This document shows positions 1-9,820 of a stretch of DNA of 64,000 bases, piece after piece. A model generated the notes under the pieces. That model ran no database searches. It saw nothing but the letters and a program-made list of their open reading frames with translations, and was not told the origin of the DNA. Origin of the DNA: Tagaea sp. (GTDB lineage: Bacteria > Pseudomonadota > Alphaproteobacteria > CACIAM-22H2); contig CBDIIB010000004.1 of assembly GCA_965279525.1 (NCBI GenBank), positions 1,280,001-1,344,000 of the forward strand, given 5' to 3'. A program made the translations under genes and the position numbers. How positions within the stretch are numbered: position 1 is the stretch's first letter; the number at the start of each line of letters is the position of its first letter.

Positions 1-1142
1 CCGGCGGCGTGATACTCGCCGAAAGCCACGCGGTCGACCGGCGGTGAATTGGCAAGATCGACCAGCGAGCGGCCGGGCAGCGCCTTCTCGGTCGCGTCTG
101 GCACCAACCCGACGCTTTCGATGATCGTCGGATAGATGTCGACGAGCGTGACCGGCGTGGGACAGATCCTGCCTGCAGGAACCCCGGGGCCCGCGACGAT
201 CATCGGAACAGCGGCGGCTTCCTCGTAGTGGATCGACTTGCCCCACATGTGGCGCGTTCCGAGGTTGTCACCATGATCGGTCGAATAGACGACGCGCGTC
301 GTGTCGGCGAGTCCGGCCGCCTCGAGTGCGCCGAGAACCTGGCCGATATTGTCGTCGAGGAAGCTGACCATTCCGTAATAGGCAGCGAGTGCCACGCGCA
401 CTTTCTCCGGCGTAAAGAAGTCGTCATAGCTCATGCAGCTGCGCAGCGCCGCGACCGAGGGATGCTTCGGATAGTCATCAGGGCCATAGAGGCGCGGCAT
501 CGGAAGCGACTCCGGCGGATACATTGCGTAGAACTCGGGCGGCGCAATCAGCGGGAAGTGCGGCTTCACGAACGATACGAACAGACACCACGGCTTGGAC
601 TGCGCCTTGGCATGATTCGTCAGCCACTCGACGGCACCATCGCGAATATTGCGGTCGTATTTCGCGTAAGTCGACTCACCGGGCCCCGCCGCCTTGGCAA
701 GATCGGGCATACCACCGCGCGTGGCGGCCTTCGGCCGGCGGATAAGGCCCAGAAGGTCACCTTGCCCGTCCACGACATGCAGCGGGATGACTTCCTCGTC
801 GAAGCCGTTGTCGTCCTTCGTCGAGCGGAAATGCAGTTTGCCGATCGACATCGAGAAGTGGCCCGCCTCTTTCAGCCGGTGCGCCCAGCTGCGGATCGAG
901 CCATCGTAAGGATGCGCATTGTCCCAGCATGCGTTCTCAGCCACGTACGTGCCGGTGTGCAGGGCCGCGCGCGCCGGCACACAGATTGGGCAATTCGTAT
1001 AGGCGGCCGTGAACTTGGTTCCGCGTGCCGCGAGCCGGTCGATATGCGGCGTCTTGACGATCTTGTGGCCGTAGCAGCCCGCGACATCGCGGGTATGCTC
1101 GTCCGACAGGATGAAGAGGACATTGGACGGCTTCTGGCTCAT
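1..1142 (-). CDS. Sulfatase-family hydrolase (choline-sulfatase-like), runs off the window edge
   Basis: Not in ORF track. Manual translation from ATG 1142 gives MSQKPSNVLFILSDEH...NCPICVPARAALHTG (CxPxR FGly motif), GKLH, and later YSTDHGDNLG; start overlaps upstream stop (ATGA). Confidence 0.9.
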   Translation of the reverse strand, partial: MSQKPSNVLFILSDEHTRDVAGCYGHKIVKTPHIDRLAARGTKFTAAYTNCPICVPARAALHTGTYVAENACWDNAHPYDGSIRSWAHRLKEAGHFSMSIGKLHFRSTKDDNGFDEEVIPLHVVDGQGDLLGLIRRPKAATRGGMPDLAKAAGPGESTYAKYDRNIRDGAVEWLTNHAKAQSKPWCLFVSFVKPHFPLIAPPEFYAMYPPESLPMPRLYGPDDYPKHPSVAALRSCMSYDDFFTPEKVRVALAAYYGMVSFLDDNIGQVLGALEAAGLADTTRVVYSTDHGDNLGTRHMWGKSIHYEEAAAVPMIVAGPGVPAGRICPTPVTLVDIYPTIIESVGLVPDATEKALPGRSLVDLANSPPVDRVAFGEYHAA

Positions 1143-2329
1143 CGGATCCTCGGAAGCGTTGTGACGAACGGACCGCCCGGCGACTGGTCATTGCGGACCG
1201 GGAACTCATCGGTGGCAGATGGGTGGATGGCTTCGACACGCGCATCGAGCGCCGCGATATCGGCAGCTCCGTGCAGGACGGAAAGGATCGTCGTATAGCT
1301 GCGTGTATCGCCGTGTTCGAGCCACGCGATCTCGTCCCGCCTCGTGGCGTCGGCACGATTTCCCCAGCGTGTCGTCGCCGGCTCGATGCCGAACCCGTAA
1401 ACGCCTTCGCCGAAGGCCTGCCATTGCTGCAGGCATATGAATTGCCGCGCGTCATAGTCCACGAGGAAGCCGAGGCCTATCCGGTCGTTGACGAGAGCGG
1501 CCGGCACGCGGCCGTTCGCGTCTGCGACCGCGTCGTGATCGAAGACCTGCTGGACAAAGCGCGGCGACGGATCGGACTGCGTGCGCCAGCCAACCTGCTG
1601 GCTCTCCCGCGGCACGTTCGCCGCGAAGGTGCCGCGCACGGGTGCCACGAACCGTGCACCTGCCTCCAGCAGCGGCCAGCCAACATTGATGTGATAGAGC
1701 AGCAGGTGCGGCGTACGGGAAAACCCGCGATTCGTGATCGTGTCACGGATGCGGACGTCGGATGTGCCGACCCTCACCTCGACGCGACGGACGAACGTGA
1801 GATTCTCGCCCATGACCTGAACCTGGCCGACCGTGCCTTCGCACCACAGCGTACATTCGTCGCCGTCCCAGATTTCACCATAGCCGTCAAGCCGGGCCGG
1901 CTGAAAAGCGCCGCGACCATGCATCGGATAGGCGATCTCCTTGCGCAACGGAAGATCGAAATGATCGGCTGCTCCTTTGTCGGGCTGACGCACATGGTCG
2001 AAACCACAGGTGCAAAGCAGGCCCGAGAAGCCGCGCATGAACCCGTTGCCGCCGTCGCCCATCGGATCCATATAGGCCGGGTTGCGGAAACCGGTGTCGG
2101 ACTGCCATGCGAACGGCACGCCGCGATAGTCAAACCGGCCGATATCCATCGTGCGGTCGACGAGAACCGAAAAATCGAGCCCGGCGCCCGTCCGGAACTC
2201 GACCGCGCGCACGCCGCGCTCGGCGCCATCGTCCAGCGTCACGAGATTCACGCCGGCAATCTGCCGCGTGGCGCCGACACGGCGTTCAAATTCCCGGCGT
2301 GTCAACCTCTGTCCATAGATCGTCGGCAT
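1139..2329 (-). CDS. Aldose 1-epimerase superfamily protein (DUF4432-like)
   Basis: ORF 1139..2629 re-started at MPTIYG, 2 nt after the permease stop; motifs VLVDRTMDI, TCGFDH, YPMHGR, LLYHINVG, GIEP. Confidence 0.8.
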   Translation of the reverse strand: MPTIYGQRLTRREFERRVGATRQIAGVNLVTLDDGAERGVRAVEFRTGAGLDFSVLVDRTMDIGRFDYRGVPFAWQSDTGFRNPAYMDPMGDGGNGFMRGFSGLLCTCGFDHVRQPDKGAADHFDLPLRKEIAYPMHGRGAFQPARLDGYGEIWDGDECTLWCEGTVGQVQVMGENLTFVRRVEVRVGTSDVRIRDTITNRGFSRTPHLLLYHINVGWPLLEAGARFVAPVRGTFAANVPRESQQVGWRTQSDPSPRFVQQVFDHDAVADANGRVPAALVNDRIGLGFLVDYDARQFICLQQWQAFGEGVYGFGIEPATTRWGNRADATRRDEIAWLEHGDTRSYTTILSVLHGAADIAALDARVEAIHPSATDEFPVRNDQSPGGPFVTTLPRIR

Positions 2330-2331
2330 CT

Positions 2332-3162
2332 TTACTTCACAGCTCCTGTCGTCAGTCCCTTCACGATGTAGCGTTGCCCGAACAGCAGGAACGCAAGCGC
2401 CGGCACCAGCGAGAGGGCGGCCGTAGCAGCCATTTCGCCGTACTTGATCTCGTAGCCTTGCGCGAATTTCGCGATCGCGACAGGCACGGTGGCGGTCTGC
2501 TTGGCGGTCAGGTTCAGTGCCACCGCGAATTCGTTCCAACTGAAGATGAACATCAGGATCGCTGTTGCCGCGAGGCCAGGCGCTACGAGCGGCACGACGA
2601 TCCGCCAGATCAGGTAGGGTGTGGAGCATCCGTCAATACGCGCGGCCTCCTCGAGTTCGACCGGCACGTCGCGGATGAAATTGGTCATCAGCCACAGAGC
2701 CATCGGCAGATGGACCGCGACATGACCAAGTGTCAGGCCAAGATAGGTGTTGTCGAGACCGATCTCGCGATAGAGCGGGAACCACGCTGCGACCAGCGTG
2801 ATCGGCGGCACCATATGGAACACCACGGCCCAGCCCAGCATCGTGTGGACCATCCATCGCGGCGTACCAAGCCGCTCGATCGCATAGCCGCCAAGCGTTG
2901 CCGCGAACACGATCACAAGCGTACTCGCCGTCGCCACGATGAAGCTGTTGAGCGTATTGTCGAGAAACTCGGTCGTGCGCGAGAACAGTACCTCGCGGAA
3001 GCTGTTCAGCGACGGCGTGAAGAATATCTCGCCCTGGAGCAGCGAAATCTGCGTCTTGAAGCCAGCCGCGACGATCCACACGAACGGGACCAGCACGAAC
3101 ACGGCAACCGTCAGCAGGAAGATGTGGAACAGGCCGATGCCGCGACGCTCGGAGGGATTCAT
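2332..3162 (-). CDS. Carbohydrate ABC transporter permease (MalG-like)
   Basis: EAA loop LEEAARIDG, FIFSWNEF, hydrophobic segments. Confidence 0.93.
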   Translation of the reverse strand: MNPSERRGIGLFHIFLLTVAVFVLVPFVWIVAAGFKTQISLLQGEIFFTPSLNSFREVLFSRTTEFLDNTLNSFIVATASTLVIVFAATLGGYAIERLGTPRWMVHTMLGWAVVFHMVPPITLVAAWFPLYREIGLDNTYLGLTLGHVAVHLPMALWLMTNFIRDVPVELEEAARIDGCSTPYLIWRIVVPLVAPGLAATAILMFIFSWNEFAVALNLTAKQTATVPVAIAKFAQGYEIKYGEMAATAALSLVPALAFLLFGQRYIVKGLTTGAVK

Positions 3163-4049
3163 GTCCGGCCTCCCTGCCGACGCGCGGCCGACAGCGCACC
3201 GACGATCAGCAGCGAGATGCCGAAAAGCACGGCCACCGACATCGCCGAGCCGTAACCCATGCGGTCTTGCGTGAAGAAGGTCCGGTAGATCGTGTAACTG
3301 ATGACCTCGGTGGCCGAGCCGGGACCACCGCCTGTCAGCAGATAGATTTCGTCGAAGACTTTAAGCGACGTCACGAAGCGGAACAGGAACGTCACGACGA
3401 TGACTGGCATCATCATCGGGATCAGCACGTAGCGCAACTCGTCCCACGTGCTTGCTCCGTCGACGCGCGCGGCCTCCTGCACGTCCTGCGGCAGCGATTC
3501 GAACCCGGCGAGCAGCAGCAGGAAGCAGAACGGCGTCCAGTGCCAGATATCGACGACGATGACCGAAGGCAGGGCGAGGGCGCGCGTACCCAGCCAATCG
3601 ACCGGATGGATGCCGAAAAGATCGAGAAACCCGTTCGCGAGGCCGAAATCGTAATTCAGCATCAGCTTCCAGACGGCGCCGATCAGGATGCCGGGAACCA
3701 GGATCGGAAGGATGAAGATCGTACGGTAGGCGAGTCGCCCGCTGCGCACGCGGCTGACCGCCCAGGCCAGCAGGAAGCCGATGACGACCTGGGCGGTCAC
3801 GCCGGCGATCGCGAAAATGAATGTGTTGGAGATGCCGGCGCGCAACAGCGTGTCGTCGGCGAGGCGTCGATAGTGCGCCAGCCCGACATAGGTCCAGACC
3901 GACTTGCCGTCGACCCAGGTGATCTCGTTGACGCTCATCGCCACAAGGTTGAGCACTGGCAGGATCGACATCAGGACGAAGATCGTTGCTGTCGGAGTCA
4001 ACGCGATCGTGCGCCACGTCGTATCGATCTTTACGCTTCTTGCGGCCAT
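3159..4049 (-). CDS. Carbohydrate ABC transporter permease (MalF-like)
   Basis: DIWHWTPF, EAARVDGA, TGGGPGSATE motifs. Confidence 0.93.
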   Translation of the reverse strand: MAARSVKIDTTWRTIALTPTATIFVLMSILPVLNLVAMSVNEITWVDGKSVWTYVGLAHYRRLADDTLLRAGISNTFIFAIAGVTAQVVIGFLLAWAVSRVRSGRLAYRTIFILPILVPGILIGAVWKLMLNYDFGLANGFLDLFGIHPVDWLGTRALALPSVIVVDIWHWTPFCFLLLLAGFESLPQDVQEAARVDGASTWDELRYVLIPMMMPVIVVTFLFRFVTSLKVFDEIYLLTGGGPGSATEVISYTIYRTFFTQDRMGYGSAMSVAVLFGISLLIVGALSAARRQGGRT

Positions 4050-4130
4050 GTCCGTCCCGTTCCGTGCCCACTTGCCATCCGGGGCCGCATCGGTCGATGC
4101 GGCCCCGGCGGCCTTCCCCGCGCGTCCCTA

Positions 4131-5486
4131 TCAGAGGGCCGCGATCTTCCCGGTCTTGTAGCCGGCGCGCTGCATGATCGCGTGGCATTCGTCTGCGACC
4201 ATGTTGAGCGCGCGGTCAGTCGTCAGTTCGCCGATGACGGCTTGGTTGAGCCGGAGTTCGAGCACGTCGCCGATCTGCGAGCCTTCCGGCACGCTCCACA
4301 TCAGCTGCACGAAGTCGGAGCTTTGCGCCATTGCAGGCATCCAGCGGTTCTTCGGGTCCTTCCATAGATTCTGGTCGGACAGCACGTCCTGGCGAACGGG
4401 CGGCGCGCCAGCCGCGAGGTACTTCATCTGCGCATCGCGGGTCTGGAACCACTTGAGGAACGTGAGCGCCGCCTCCTGCCGCGGCTTGGGCACGTTCTTC
4501 GGGATGCCGCCAAGCCAGTGGCCCAGCACCGGGGCAGGCTTGCCCTTGGCCGAGCCGGGCACGCGCGCGGCGTTGAGCTTGCCGACGACCGCCGACTTGC
4601 TCGGATCGTCCATCTGCGACCACGCGGCGATGACCAGCAGCGCGTGCGCGGCACGCCCCGTCGCGAGGTTCTGGATGATCTGCGCCTGTGCGAGGCCGCC
4701 CGTCTGCGGATGGCCAGCTTCCTTGGCCATGCGGATGTAGAAATCGAGAGCCGCCTTGCCTTCCGGGCTGTTGATCGTGATCGTATAGTCGCCCTTCGGC
4801 TCGTCGCGGAACAGCTTGCCGCCATGGCTGTACAGATAGGGCCACCAGTCGTACGAGATGTCGTTTGGGGACCCGCGCGCCCCGCGCTGCACGATGCCGT
4901 ACATGCGCGGCGGGTTGTGGAGCTTCTTTGCGTTTGCCAGCAACTCGTCCCAGGTCTCCGGGACCTTCAGCTTGTGCTCGGCGTAGAGGTCGGCGCGGTA
5001 CAGCAGCAGCGGGATATTGCCGTTGACCGGCACCGACATCAGCTTGCCCGTCGGCGCATGCGTCTTGGTTGCTTCGTCCCAGAACACGGTGTTGTCGTAC
5101 TTGATCATCTGAGGATCGAGCCGGAACGACGGATCGATGTCGTTGATCGGCGTCAGGAAACCGCCATGGTACATTTCCTGATAGTAGAGGCCGTTCATGA
5201 TCAGCAGGTCGAATTGGCCGTCGCGTGCGCGCACCGACGCACGCTGCTTCTCGAGACTTCCGCCGAACGGATTGACGTCGAGATTGACCTTGTTGCCGGT
5301 CTCTTTCTCGTACGCCTCGACGACGCCGCGGAATCCGTCGAACCACGGCGAATTGTTGATGACGATGGTGAACGGCCCGACCTTGGCTGTCTGGGCTTTT
5401 GCACCCGGCGCCCACGGCATCGCGGCGACGGCGCCCGCAGCACCGGCGGCTGCGATGGCCTCCCGTCGATTGAATTTCAGTGACAT
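4131..5486 (-). CDS. Carbohydrate ABC substrate-binding protein, Tat signal
   Basis: NRREAI twin-arginine leader; LLYRADL..VPETWDEL motif; RBS AAGGGAGG upstream. Confidence 0.92.
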   Translation of the reverse strand: MSLKFNRREAIAAAGAAGAVAAMPWAPGAKAQTAKVGPFTIVINNSPWFDGFRGVVEAYEKETGNKVNLDVNPFGGSLEKQRASVRARDGQFDLLIMNGLYYQEMYHGGFLTPINDIDPSFRLDPQMIKYDNTVFWDEATKTHAPTGKLMSVPVNGNIPLLLYRADLYAEHKLKVPETWDELLANAKKLHNPPRMYGIVQRGARGSPNDISYDWWPYLYSHGGKLFRDEPKGDYTITINSPEGKAALDFYIRMAKEAGHPQTGGLAQAQIIQNLATGRAAHALLVIAAWSQMDDPSKSAVVGKLNAARVPGSAKGKPAPVLGHWLGGIPKNVPKPRQEAALTFLKWFQTRDAQMKYLAAGAPPVRQDVLSDQNLWKDPKNRWMPAMAQSSDFVQLMWSVPEGSQIGDVLELRLNQAVIGELTTDRALNMVADECHAIMQRAGYKTGKIAAL

Positions 5487-5522
5487 GGTGTCCTCCCTTG
5501 TGAAGTCTTTTTCGGTCTCGGA

Positions 5523-6467
5523 TCAACTCGCCGTCACGTTGTTGCGCGCGGCAAGCTGCTTCATTTGTTCGTACTGGCGGCTGATCTCGGCCTCGAGTTC
5601 GGCTCCCTTCAGGAACGCCGGAATCATGTTGAATTCGGCGAACTTCTGGACGACTTCCGGATCGTTCATCGACGTGCGGAGCGCCTCGGCAAAGCGGTCG
5701 ACGCGATCGCGCGGCGTCGCCTTGGGCATCCACCACCAATAATTCAGGTTAAGAAGCAGGTTGGTTCCCTGCTCGCGCGCGGTCTTCAGGTTGGGCCAGC
5801 TGGGCAAACGCTGTGGTGCGAAGATCCCGGCAATCGTGAGGTCGCCGGAGTCGACAAGCGGCTTGGCCTCATTGACCGTCAGGAAGGCGCAGTCGACGTG
5901 CCCACCTGCAAGTGCCGTACGCGTCGGGCCACCGCCGCCAGTATTGACGTACCGGAACTTGACGCCCGTTGCATCGCCAAGCGAGAGGAACAGGAAGTGG
6001 TTGATGGCGCCGATCTGGACGCCTGCCTTCAACTCGCCGCTCTTCGCGGCAGCGAGGAAAGATGGCAGATCCTGATAGGGCGACTTGCGGTTGACGATGA
6101 CTGCGACATATTCCGTTGCGACTTGCGCCACCTGCGCGAAGGCTTCGGGTCCAAAGTCCATCACTTTCAGAGTTGCGGCCGTGAGCAGCGCCTGATGCAC
6201 GGCAAGAACGGTGTGTCCGTCAGGTGCCGAATCGCGGACTTGCCGGTTTCCGACCGAAGTGCCGGCTCCGACGACATTCGCGACGGCAAGCGGTTGACCG
6301 AGTACGCGCTGAAGCGGCGACTGGAAGAATCGCGCAATGTAGTCGGCGCTGCCGCCGGGCGGATTGGGAACGATGATTCGGATCGGCTTGTCGGGATAGG
6401 ACTGTGCGAGTGCCGGTGCCGCTAACGATGCGGCAAGGGTTCCGGCGACAAATTCTCTGCGACGCAT
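5523..6467 (-). CDS. tctC: Tripartite tricarboxylate transporter substrate-binding protein (Bug/TctC)
   Basis: Start at MRRREFV after a GGAGG RBS; YPDKPIRIIVPNPPGGSAD, PDGHT, ALAGGHVD motifs. Confidence 0.9.
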   Translation of the reverse strand: MRRREFVAGTLAASLAAPALAQSYPDKPIRIIVPNPPGGSADYIARFFQSPLQRVLGQPLAVANVVGAGTSVGNRQVRDSAPDGHTVLAVHQALLTAATLKVMDFGPEAFAQVAQVATEYVAVIVNRKSPYQDLPSFLAAAKSGELKAGVQIGAINHFLFLSLGDATGVKFRYVNTGGGGPTRTALAGGHVDCAFLTVNEAKPLVDSGDLTIAGIFAPQRLPSWPNLKTAREQGTNLLLNLNYWWWMPKATPRDRVDRFAEALRTSMNDPEVVQKFAEFNMIPAFLKGAELEAEISRQYEQMKQLAARNNVTAS

Positions 6468-6481
6468 GGGGATTCCTCCGG

Positions 6482-7978
6482 TCAGAGTAAGTCGATGGCG
6501 GGTTGACGCCGCTTGCGGCGCCAATCGCGCCAAAGCGGCCATATGAACATCAATGCCGAGACAATCAGGAATCCAAGCGTGATCGGACGCTCGAACAGTG
6601 GCGACAGGGAGCCATTCGAAGCCATGAGGCCGGCCCTTAGCTGGCCTTCGGCGAGCGGCGCCAGAATGAGGCCAATAACGAAAGGCCCAAGCGGGGCACC
6701 AACCATCTCGAGCGCGAACCCAACGATGCCGAAGCCGATCATGGTCCAGACGTCAAAAATCCGGCCGTTCTCGGCAAGCCCGCCGATCACGCAAAGAACG
6801 AGAATGATCGGCAAAACGTAGGCACGTTGAACGTACATCAGGCGCGCGATCAGCATGCATCCTGCGACCATCATGACGAACATCACGACGTGTGCGGCAA
6901 GATGCGTCGCCATCAGCGCGTTGACGACCTCGGGCGAATTCGTAAAGAGCGTCGGGCCGGGCTGGATGTTGTGCATTAGGAGTCCGGCTAGCAATATTGA
7001 AGCCGCCGGGCTTCCCGGAATACCGAGGGTGATCATCGGGATCAGTGCTCCGCCGGTATTGGCGTTATTGGCGGTTTCCGAGGCAACGATGCCGTCCTCG
7101 AAGCCAGTCCCGAATTTCTCGGGCGTCTTCGACATGTTCTTCGCCGTCGAATATGCGACGATCGAACTGATGCTGGCGCCTACTCCAGGCAGGATACCGA
7201 TCCAGATTCCGATCACGGCCGACCGGATGATGTTCCATGCCTGCCGGGCATAGTCGGCCGGTGAAAGGAATATCCCCTTGATGCTCGGATCGAGACGCTC
7301 GAAGCGCTGGCGAGCATGCATCGCGTCCGCGAGGACTTGGCTGATCGCGAATATCCCAAGGATGACAGCCAGACTGCTGAAACCAGCTTCAAGGCTCTCG
7401 AAGCCGAATGTCAGGCGCTTCTGGCCCGACGACTCGTCGATGCCGGGAAACGACACCAACATGCCGAAAAGGCCGGAAAGCAGGCCCTTGATGATGGATC
7501 CTTGGCTGAGGGCGGCGATAAGGACAAGCGCCATCAGAACAAGCGCGAAATTCTCGAATGGACCGAAAACCAACGCCAGTCGCGCCATCATCGGCGAGAG
7601 CGTCACAAGTGCTACCCACGACAATGCACCGCCGATAAGCGACGCGGAGATGCCGAGGCCAAGCGCACGTCCCGGGCGACCGCCGCGCGCCATCGGAAAG
7701 CCGTCGAGTGTCGTGACGACGGACGCTGGTTCGCCCGGGATACGCATCAGCGTTGCCGTAATGAGGCCGCCGGATATGCCGCCGACATACATCGAGGTCA
7801 TGAGAATGACGCCGTCGACGCTGCTCATCCGGTAGGTGAATGGCAGTGACAATGCAAGCAGTGCGCCGCCCGTGAGGCCCGGAAGTGCTCCGACAACGAT
7901 ACCGAGCAACGTGCCGATCATCAGCAAAGCAAAAGGCCCTGCCGTGAATAGATGGAGAAATCCCTGGACGAGATCCAT
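6482..7978 (-). CDS. tctA: Tripartite tricarboxylate transporter large permease TctA
   Basis: GALPGL, IPGEPASVVTTLDGFPM, ETANNA, TLGIPGS motifs. Confidence 0.95.
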   Translation of the reverse strand: MDLVQGFLHLFTAGPFALLMIGTLLGIVVGALPGLTGGALLALSLPFTYRMSSVDGVILMTSMYVGGISGGLITATLMRIPGEPASVVTTLDGFPMARGGRPGRALGLGISASLIGGALSWVALVTLSPMMARLALVFGPFENFALVLMALVLIAALSQGSIIKGLLSGLFGMLVSFPGIDESSGQKRLTFGFESLEAGFSSLAVILGIFAISQVLADAMHARQRFERLDPSIKGIFLSPADYARQAWNIIRSAVIGIWIGILPGVGASISSIVAYSTAKNMSKTPEKFGTGFEDGIVASETANNANTGGALIPMITLGIPGSPAASILLAGLLMHNIQPGPTLFTNSPEVVNALMATHLAAHVVMFVMMVAGCMLIARLMYVQRAYVLPIILVLCVIGGLAENGRIFDVWTMIGFGIVGFALEMVGAPLGPFVIGLILAPLAEGQLRAGLMASNGSLSPLFERPITLGFLIVSALMFIWPLWRDWRRKRRQPAIDLL

Positions 7979-7987
7979 CGCGCGCCT

Positions 7988-8488
7988 CTACGGAAGGTCG
8001 ATGAGGAGCGCGCGAAAGCCAAAGTCGAGTCCGGCGCCGCCGACTATCGCGACGGCCGCGACGATCGCGGCGGCACGCGGTGTCCGATCACTCAGCACCC
8101 AACCAAAGACAGCCATGTAGCCGATCGAGGCAAGCATGAATCCCAAATGCGGGATGGCCGCCGCGTAGAGAATTGCAAGGCCGATACCGTAGACCGAAAG
8201 TCGGTGCGAGATCGCGTAGCTGTCGTCGATCGCCTCAGACATGGTGAAAAGCGCCGTCGAACTGCCACGGGTCGAATGACGAAGGCCGACACGCGCCAAA
8301 AGCACGACGGCGAGCGCGAGAACGATCGCGGCCGTCCAGAATGGGACAGCCGCAGCACCGATCGGATCGTACGGCGCTTTCGGCTGGTTGCGTACGCCCC
8401 ACATCGTCAGCAAGGCGACAGCAATCATCGATACGGCGAAGGCAGCATCGCCTTTCGCAAAGCGCGCGGATTCGCCCTGAATGCTCAC
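7988..8488 (-). CDS. tctB: TctB-family small membrane subunit
   Basis: About four hydrophobic segments, YDPIGAAAVP, ends LLIDLP, adjacent to tctA; GTG 8488 start inferred. Confidence 0.75.
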   Translation of the reverse strand: MSIQGESARFAKGDAAFAVSMIAVALLTMWGVRNQPKAPYDPIGAAAVPFWTAAIVLALAVVLLARVGLRHSTRGSSTALFTMSEAIDDSYAISHRLSVYGIGLAILYAAAIPHLGFMLASIGYMAVFGWVLSDRTPRAAAIVAAVAIVGGAGLDFGFRALLIDLP

Positions 8489-8595
8489 CGGCTTATGTAT
8501 CTGTCGATCGGGTGTAGTGGATCGATCAAGTTCGCGCCTCCTCCGCCGGCCGGGCGTTGTGCCGCTTCGGTCCGGAATGTCCAAAAACTTGACAC

Positions 8596-8611
8596 TTCCA
8601 TCGGAATGGAA
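8596..8611. promoter_or_regulatory. Inverted repeat TTCCAT-N4-ATGGAA immediately after a TTGACA (-35-like) hexamer
   Basis: Perfect 6-bp arms in the tctB/LysR divergent gap; TTGACA at 8589-8594. Confidence 0.4.
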
Positions 8612-8635
8612 CAACTACCATCTGGTCTCCAATCC

Positions 8636-8650
8636 ATAACCACTGGATAT
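8636..8650. promoter_or_regulatory. LysR-type binding box ATAACCACTGGATAT (T-N11-A)
   Basis: ATA-N9-TAT dyad 4 nt before the LysR ATG, which is the typical autoregulatory position. Confidence 0.6.
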
Positions 8651-8654
8651 ATCA

Positions 8655-9632
8655 ATGCAGCTTCAGCAACTCCGGCACGTCGTGGCTCTGGTCGAGCATC
8701 GCAGTCTGGTCCGCGCGGCAAAGGCGCTAGGCATATCGCAACCGGCGCTTAGCAAGAGTCTTCGCCGGCTCGAAGCCTATCTCGGCGTCAAGCTCTTCGA
8801 ACGTACTGCACGTGGCGTGCTGGCGACCGAATTTGGCCGTGAGTTCGCACAACACGCCCGGGCCATAGCCGTGGAGGTAAACGAAGCGGAACGAGCGGTC
8901 GGCGCCATCCGCGACGGCCGCGAAGGCCGCATCGTCATCGGATCCGCGCCCAGCGTTATTGCCAGCGTCTTGCCGATTGCCACCGCACGCTTGCTCAAGG
9001 GCCGCAACGACCTGAAGCTGACTGTGATCGGCGGCCTGCACGACCGGCTGTTCGAATGGCTGCGTGCTGGCGAGATCGACGTCGTGATCTCGAACCTCGT
9101 CGAACAGCCGGACGATTCCGACCTCGTCCAAGAGACTCTTTTCGCAGACCGTGTGGTTGTCGCCTGCCGACCGGGCCACCCCCTGCTCGAACGGCGCAAC
9201 CCGCCAAAGAAAGAGATCGAGCGCTATCGCTGGGTATTGCCGGCCACGACCATCCTGACGCGCCAGCATCTTGAGATCGCCATGAAGTCGCACGGGCTGG
9301 CAGCTCCGCGCCTTGCCGTCGAGACGAACGCACTCGCGTTCATGCGTGCGATGATTCTCGAAACCGACTGCCTTGGATTTCTTCCCTCGGTCACCATGGT
9401 GCCTGGACGAGAATGCGCCGGTGTGGTTCCGGCGGGCATCGGCTGGCTCGACTGGGACCGCCCGGTCGGCTTGACACTCCGCCGTAGCGGTGTGCTTTCA
9501 CCGGCCTGCAGGCGCCTGCTCGGCGAGCTTCGCAACGTGTGCGCGGAGAAATTCCCGGCAAACAGGAGTTCGACGGCATTGAAAGCCGTACGTCCGTCGG
9601 GGAAGTCCGCGGATCACCACGGGCTGGTCTGA
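8655..9632 (+). CDS. LysR-family transcriptional regulator
   Basis: HTH SLVRAAKALGISQPALSKSLRRLEAYLGVKLFERTARG. Confidence 0.95.
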   Translation: MQLQQLRHVVALVEHRSLVRAAKALGISQPALSKSLRRLEAYLGVKLFERTARGVLATEFGREFAQHARAIAVEVNEAERAVGAIRDGREGRIVIGSAPSVIASVLPIATARLLKGRNDLKLTVIGGLHDRLFEWLRAGEIDVVISNLVEQPDDSDLVQETLFADRVVVACRPGHPLLERRNPPKKEIERYRWVLPATTILTRQHLEIAMKSHGLAAPRLAVETNALAFMRAMILETDCLGFLPSVTMVPGRECAGVVPAGIGWLDWDRPVGLTLRRSGVLSPACRRLLGELRNVCAEKFPANRSSTALKAVRPSGKSADHHGLV

Positions 9633-9820
9633 ACTATCGTCCGGGTCGGCGTTCAGCCGATGGAACAGCGCATCGCAACGCCTGCGAATGCCGCACGAAG
9701 CCGCCGGCCCACAGACCGGGATTTGACCGCCATCGACTCGCGCGTGCGCTCGCGCCGTGCCATCAATTGCATCACGGGCGCCATGTGCGCACCACAGAAC
9801 GGATTGGACGAGGAGTCGGC

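Noticed and set aside
228-1298. Long plus-strand ORF and many similar 300-580 aa ORFs (e.g. 38618-40267, 44895-46631, 47562-49175, 55980-57356)
   Set aside because: Antisense or alternate-frame shadows of well-supported genes, expected in high-GC DNA; no motifs
9633-9820. 188-bp intergenic region as a possible ncRNA, sigma54 promoter or tRNA relic
   Set aside because: TGGCAC on the minus strand lacks the correctly spaced TTGC; no convincing stem-loop or tRNA match
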